Assembly: GCA_049599895.1 (NCBI GenBank)
Contig: JBMYPC010000067.1
Location: forward strand, 1-16,415
Direction: 5' to 3'
DNA: 16,415 bases
Origin: Bacteriovoracaceae bacterium
GTDB taxonomy: Bacteria; Bdellovibrionota; Bacteriovoracia; Bacteriovoracales; Bacteriovoracaceae
The position numbers were made by a program, and so were the translations under genes. The notes beneath the pieces are model-generated. The model was not told where the DNA came from. It did no database searches and saw only the letters and a list, made by a program, of their open reading frames with translations. Positions 14,808 to 16,415 of the stretch are shown piece after piece. Positions within the stretch are counted from its first letter, which is position 1, and each line of letters opens with the position of its first letter.

Positions 14808-15866
14808 TTGTTATCGTTTGGTGGAGGGGGAAGCTTAATAGGCCTTGATATTGGTTCAAGTGCAGTAAAGGTTGTTGAGCTTGCTAAAAAAGGAAAGAAA
14901 GGCTTCAAGCTTAATAAGTTTGGTATGGTCGCTCTTCCAGAAGGCGCCATTGTTGAAGATGAAATTATCAAAGACGAAGAAGTCGTTGAGGCTATCAAAG
15001 AAGCTTTATCTGCCGCTAAAATTTCAAGTAAAAATATCTGCCTCGGACTTTATGGTCCGAACACCTTAACTCGAAGACTTCAAATTGAAGGTGGAACTGA
15101 AGAAGAAATGGAAGATCAAGTTGAGTGGGAATCTGAACAGTATCTTCCTTTTTCTATTGATGAAGCAAAGCTTGATTACTACGTCGTTGGTGAAAATGAT
15201 GGTGGCGGACAAGATGTTATTATTGCTGCCAGCAAAGAAGAAGTCTATGAATCTTACTTGGACCTTCTTAAGCCACTAAAGCTTAAGCCAAAGGTTGTGG
15301 ATCTTAATGTTATTGCGGTTACAAATGTCTTTAGCCATATACTAGGTGATCGCATTGATGAATCAGTTGATTCTTATATGATTCTCGATATCGGTGCTCA
15401 ATCAACAAAGTTTATTATTTATCGCGCTGGAGTGATCGCCTTTGCTAAGGAAATTGCTGTTGGCGGAATGATGTTTACCGAAGAAATCCAAAGACAAATG
15501 GGTGTGAACTATCTTGAGGCTGAAGATTTAAAGATCGTTGCCGATGATCAAGGAAACCTTCCTGAAGAAGTTCTTGTGATTATTTCCCAGGTTCTTGAGG
15601 TTGTCGTTGGTGAGCTTCATAAAACTCTCGATTTTTATATTACTTCAAGCTCTGATGATAGTATCGTTGCTTGTTATATCACCGGTGGTGCAGTGAGAAC
15701 TCCTGGACTCATGGAAAAGATTGAAGAAGTTTTTGGATTTCAAGTTGAGTTGATTAATCCTTTTGAAACGATTGCCATCAATGAAAAAGCTTTTGATGAA
15801 GATGAGATTGATGAAATTGCCCACATAGGCCTAGCGTCTATTGGCCTTGGAATGAGGTCCCCGTAA
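14808..15866 (+). CDS. pilM: Type IV pilus alignment protein PilM (actin-like, FtsA-related)
   Basis: IGLDIGSSAVKVVEL, 'QVEWESEQYLPF', ILDIGA, GG..FTEEI, ITGG, INPF and terminal IGLGMR. TTG start preceded by AAGGCGGG. Confidence 0.94.
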   Translation: MLSFGGGGSLIGLDIGSSAVKVVELAKKGKKGFKLNKFGMVALPEGAIVEDEIIKDEEVVEAIKEALSAAKISSKNICLGLYGPNTLTRRLQIEGGTEEEMEDQVEWESEQYLPFSIDEAKLDYYVVGENDGGGQDVIIAASKEEVYESYLDLLKPLKLKPKVVDLNVIAVTNVFSHILGDRIDESVDSYMILDIGAQSTKFIIYRAGVIAFAKEIAVGGMMFTEEIQRQMGVNYLEAEDLKIVADDQGNLPEEVLVIISQVLEVVVGELHKTLDFYITSSSDDSIVACYITGGAVRTPGLMEKIEEVFGFQVELINPFETIAINEKAFDEDEIDEIAHIGLASIGLGMRSP

Positions 15867-16415
15867 TGGCAATGATTCAAATAAACCTTGCAAAGAAGAA
15901 AAAGAAAAAAGTCGAGGTGATGGGCCTTGATTTCAGTAAGTTCAATTATCCATTGATTGTTCTTGGTCTCATTTTCTATTTTGGACACGAGCCTTTCTTA
16001 AAGTCTATTCATGAAGATGCTATGAAAGACGTCAATAAAAAGCTTTCAAAGTTAAGAAAAGAAAAAAAGAAATACCAAAAAGAAGAGAAACAGTTAAAAG
16101 ATATAAAAGATCGAATTGCTGAACTTCGAAAAAATACCAAAAGACTTGAAGAGAGATCAGCTCAGGTTGAAAAGATTCTTTCGATTAAGACCAATCCAAA
16201 TAAACTATTGGAGCGTATTGCACGAAGTATGCCTGAGGATTTATGGCTTGAAAAAGTGACCATCAATGGAAACAGAATAACCCTTGATGGAAAAGCGATC
16301 TCTTATAAGAGTATAGGACTTCTCATTGAAAAGGTAATTGCTTCACCATTTATGGATGAATCTTTTCGTGAGGAAAGTCAGGATACTGTTGAAGAAGTAA
16401 TTGATGGAACAAAGG
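15866..16415 (+). CDS. pilN: Type IV pilus alignment protein PilN, 3'-truncated by the window edge (absent from the ORF track)
   Basis: ATG overlaps the pilM stop (TAATG). My translation: MAMIQINLAKKKKKK...YPLIVLGLIFYFG (TM), coiled coil, then LLERIARSMPEDLWLEKV...ITLDGKA..YKSIG...ASPF (PilN domain pattern). Open to the window end. Confidence 0.88.
   Translation, partial: MAMIQINLAKKKKKKVEVMGLDFSKFNYPLIVLGLIFYFGHEPFLKSIHEDAMKDVNKKLSKLRKEKKKYQKEEKQLKDIKDRIAELRKNTKRLEERSAQVEKILSIKTNPNKLLERIARSMPEDLWLEKVTINGNRITLDGKAISYKSIGLLIEKVIASPFMDESFREESQDTVEEVIDGTK

Noticed and set aside
1..16415. CRISPR arrays, tRNA/rRNA, IS elements, prophage or defence genes
   Set aside because: No regularly spaced repeats, cloverleafs, transposase or integrase motifs seen. 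Nearly all sequence is explained by the listed CDSs.

Overview
AT-rich bacterial chromosomal window carrying two linked blocks. The first (1-5973) is a tightly coupled run of a 5'-truncated batA-like VWA gene, a batB/batC-like fusion, batD, ribF and a short, divergent aroE-family gene. The second (6063-16415) is a type IVa pilus cluster: pilB-pilT-pilC on +, then the major pilin pilA and a pilG-like TPR gene on -, then pilH-pilI (ABC transporter), pilD, pilM and a 3'-truncated pilN on +. The pilGHI module and gene neighbourhood are of the Myxococcus/Geobacter/Bdellovibrio type. With the low GC this suggests a Bdellovibrionota (Bacteriovoracia-like) host, which is inference only. I saw no mobile element, CRISPR array or structural RNA, and cannot support a wholly new system. 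The most unusual details are: a long pilin with an apparent ~55-aa acidic insertion; pilA and pilG flipped in a way one block inversion cannot explain; no pilSR; a sigma28-like promoter before pilB; a degenerate MshEN motif in PilB; two probably leaderless divergent genes; an internal signal peptide in the BatB/C fusion; and apparent GGCC over-representation. All family assignments come from motif recognition by eye, not database searches.
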